In this document: positions 63,023-64,000 of the stretch, piece by piece | Layout: each line of letters opens with the position of its first letter | Numbering within the stretch: the first letter of the stretch is position 1 | Source: Eukaryota sp. GEM-RC1 | Taxonomy: Eukaryota | Reading direction: 5' to 3' | DNA length: 64,000 nt | Assembly (NCBI GenBank): GCA_040285855.1 | Contig: JAUFOQ010000005.1 | Span: 2,108,001 to 2,172,000, forward strand | The notes under the pieces: generated by a model | The model's database searches: none | Seen by the model: the letters and a program-made list of their open reading frames with translations, nothing else | What the model was told of the DNA's origin: nothing | Program-made: the position numbers and the translations under genes

Positions 63023-64000
63023 ATGACTGCTTCTTATTGTCACAACTGTTCCTGCATCATCCTTGACAATACTACTATCGGATGCTGTGATCTTCAGTTC
63101 TGCTCTCAATCTTGTCACGATACATGGATGGAAGAAGTGATCGTATGTCCTCGTTGTGATGAATTGTTAGATTGGTCGTTACTTTCTGAAGCTGACGAAG
63201 AAACTCGCTCCGCCTTTGTAACTGAAATACCGGACCTACCAACTACATCTCCGCTTCCCATTGTCCAAACTTCATTGGACCACACTTCCTCGGACTATTG
63301 TGACGTTTTTGAGGATCTGGAAATGTTTCAACTTCGCCGTCGTAATGAGTTGATCGATAAATCCAACATATCTGGTTATGCCCCTCCCAAACTCCCCTAT
63401 AGTCTCATTAAAGAAGTAATGCTGTTTTGTCTATCATCCGTCTTTAATAAGTTGTTCTCAGAAACTCCAAATGTCCAACTCTCCCAATTCCCCACCTTAC
63501 TCCACGAAGTTTCTCACTTGGGTCGTGTTAGTAAGAGATTCTTAAATATATTTCAACAAGTAGTTGAGATCTTCTGCCGTGAAAGGACTTTCTTAGTTAC
63601 TTCAACTAGTTCAACAGATGTTCCCATCTTTACAAAACTTCTACATTTACGACAGCATCCACAATGTCCTCTACTAACTCTTCCTTTCAATCACCTGTTC
63701 TTATCAATGTTCTTTGATGCTTCTTTGGTATCCGTTTCAAGTTTTCCTTCTCATTTGCTTGATCGAATTACATTGCTAACACTTCCTTCTTATGCTCACT
63801 TTGGCTTTCTCCTCCCCTACGATCCTTACTTTTGCCGTAATCTACATCATCTGACAATCTCTGGTGCTCAGATGGTGACTGATGAAGCTGTAACTGAATA
63901 TGTTCAATTAGATCTTTCCAAATTGAAACTTGACCAGTGTCCTAGACTGACGTGCTTTACTCTCTGTTACATTTCAATTGACGATTATTCTATTTTTGAC
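63023..64000 (+). CDS. Cys-rich (RING-like) N-terminus with possible F-box/LRR-like C-terminal part; runs off the window
   Basis: MTASYCHNC...CCDLQFCSQSCH..W....CPRC; LPYSLIKEV...LGRVSKRF; open to the window end. Confidence 0.65.
   Translation, partial: MTASYCHNCSCIILDNTTIGCCDLQFCSQSCHDTWMEEVIVCPRCDELLDWSLLSEADEETRSAFVTEIPDLPTTSPLPIVQTSLDHTSSDYCDVFEDLEMFQLRRRNELIDKSNISGYAPPKLPYSLIKEVMLFCLSSVFNKLFSETPNVQLSQFPTLLHEVSHLGRVSKRFLNIFQQVVEIFCRERTFLVTSTSSTDVPIFTKLLHLRQHPQCPLLTLPFNHLFLSMFFDASLVSVSSFPSHLLDRITLLTLPSYAHFGFLLPYDPYFCRNLHHLTISGAQMVTDEAVTEYVQLDLSKLKLDQCPRLTCFTLCYISIDDYSIFD

Overview
AT-rich, compact eukaryotic (protist-like) DNA with tiny GT..AG introns (29-31 nt). Recognisable genes are a Cys->Ser dual-specificity pseudophosphatase, eIF3h, a YIF1-like protein, an N-truncated NAD(P) transhydrogenase alpha, RING/B-box proteins, cathepsin C and a Frag1/DRAM-like membrane protein. 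Six paralogues of a 28-aa LRR (RI/NLRC3-like) gene family lie among MITEs, hAT and MULE remnants and CRE-like (RLE) non-LTR fragments. The standout is ~52.3-61.9 kb: a Fanzor (eukaryotic TnpB-like RuvC) locus that reconstructs as one polyprotein, namely hydrophobic leader + 2A StopGo peptide, two Ulp1/C48 proteases, a PolB-type DEDDy 3'-5' exonuclease and Fanzor. It is preceded by hairpin tandem repeats, followed by a structured candidate omegaRNA, split by a truncated Ty3/gypsy element and abutted by a gag-only mini-LTR element. Second, an 8.1-kb segment (41413-49523) with perfect hAT-type TIRs and an 8-bp TSD encloses two LRR genes. Several frameshifts in conserved host genes fall in homopolymers, so some apparent pseudogenisation may be assembly error. 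All domain calls come from motif recognition by eye; no searches were run.
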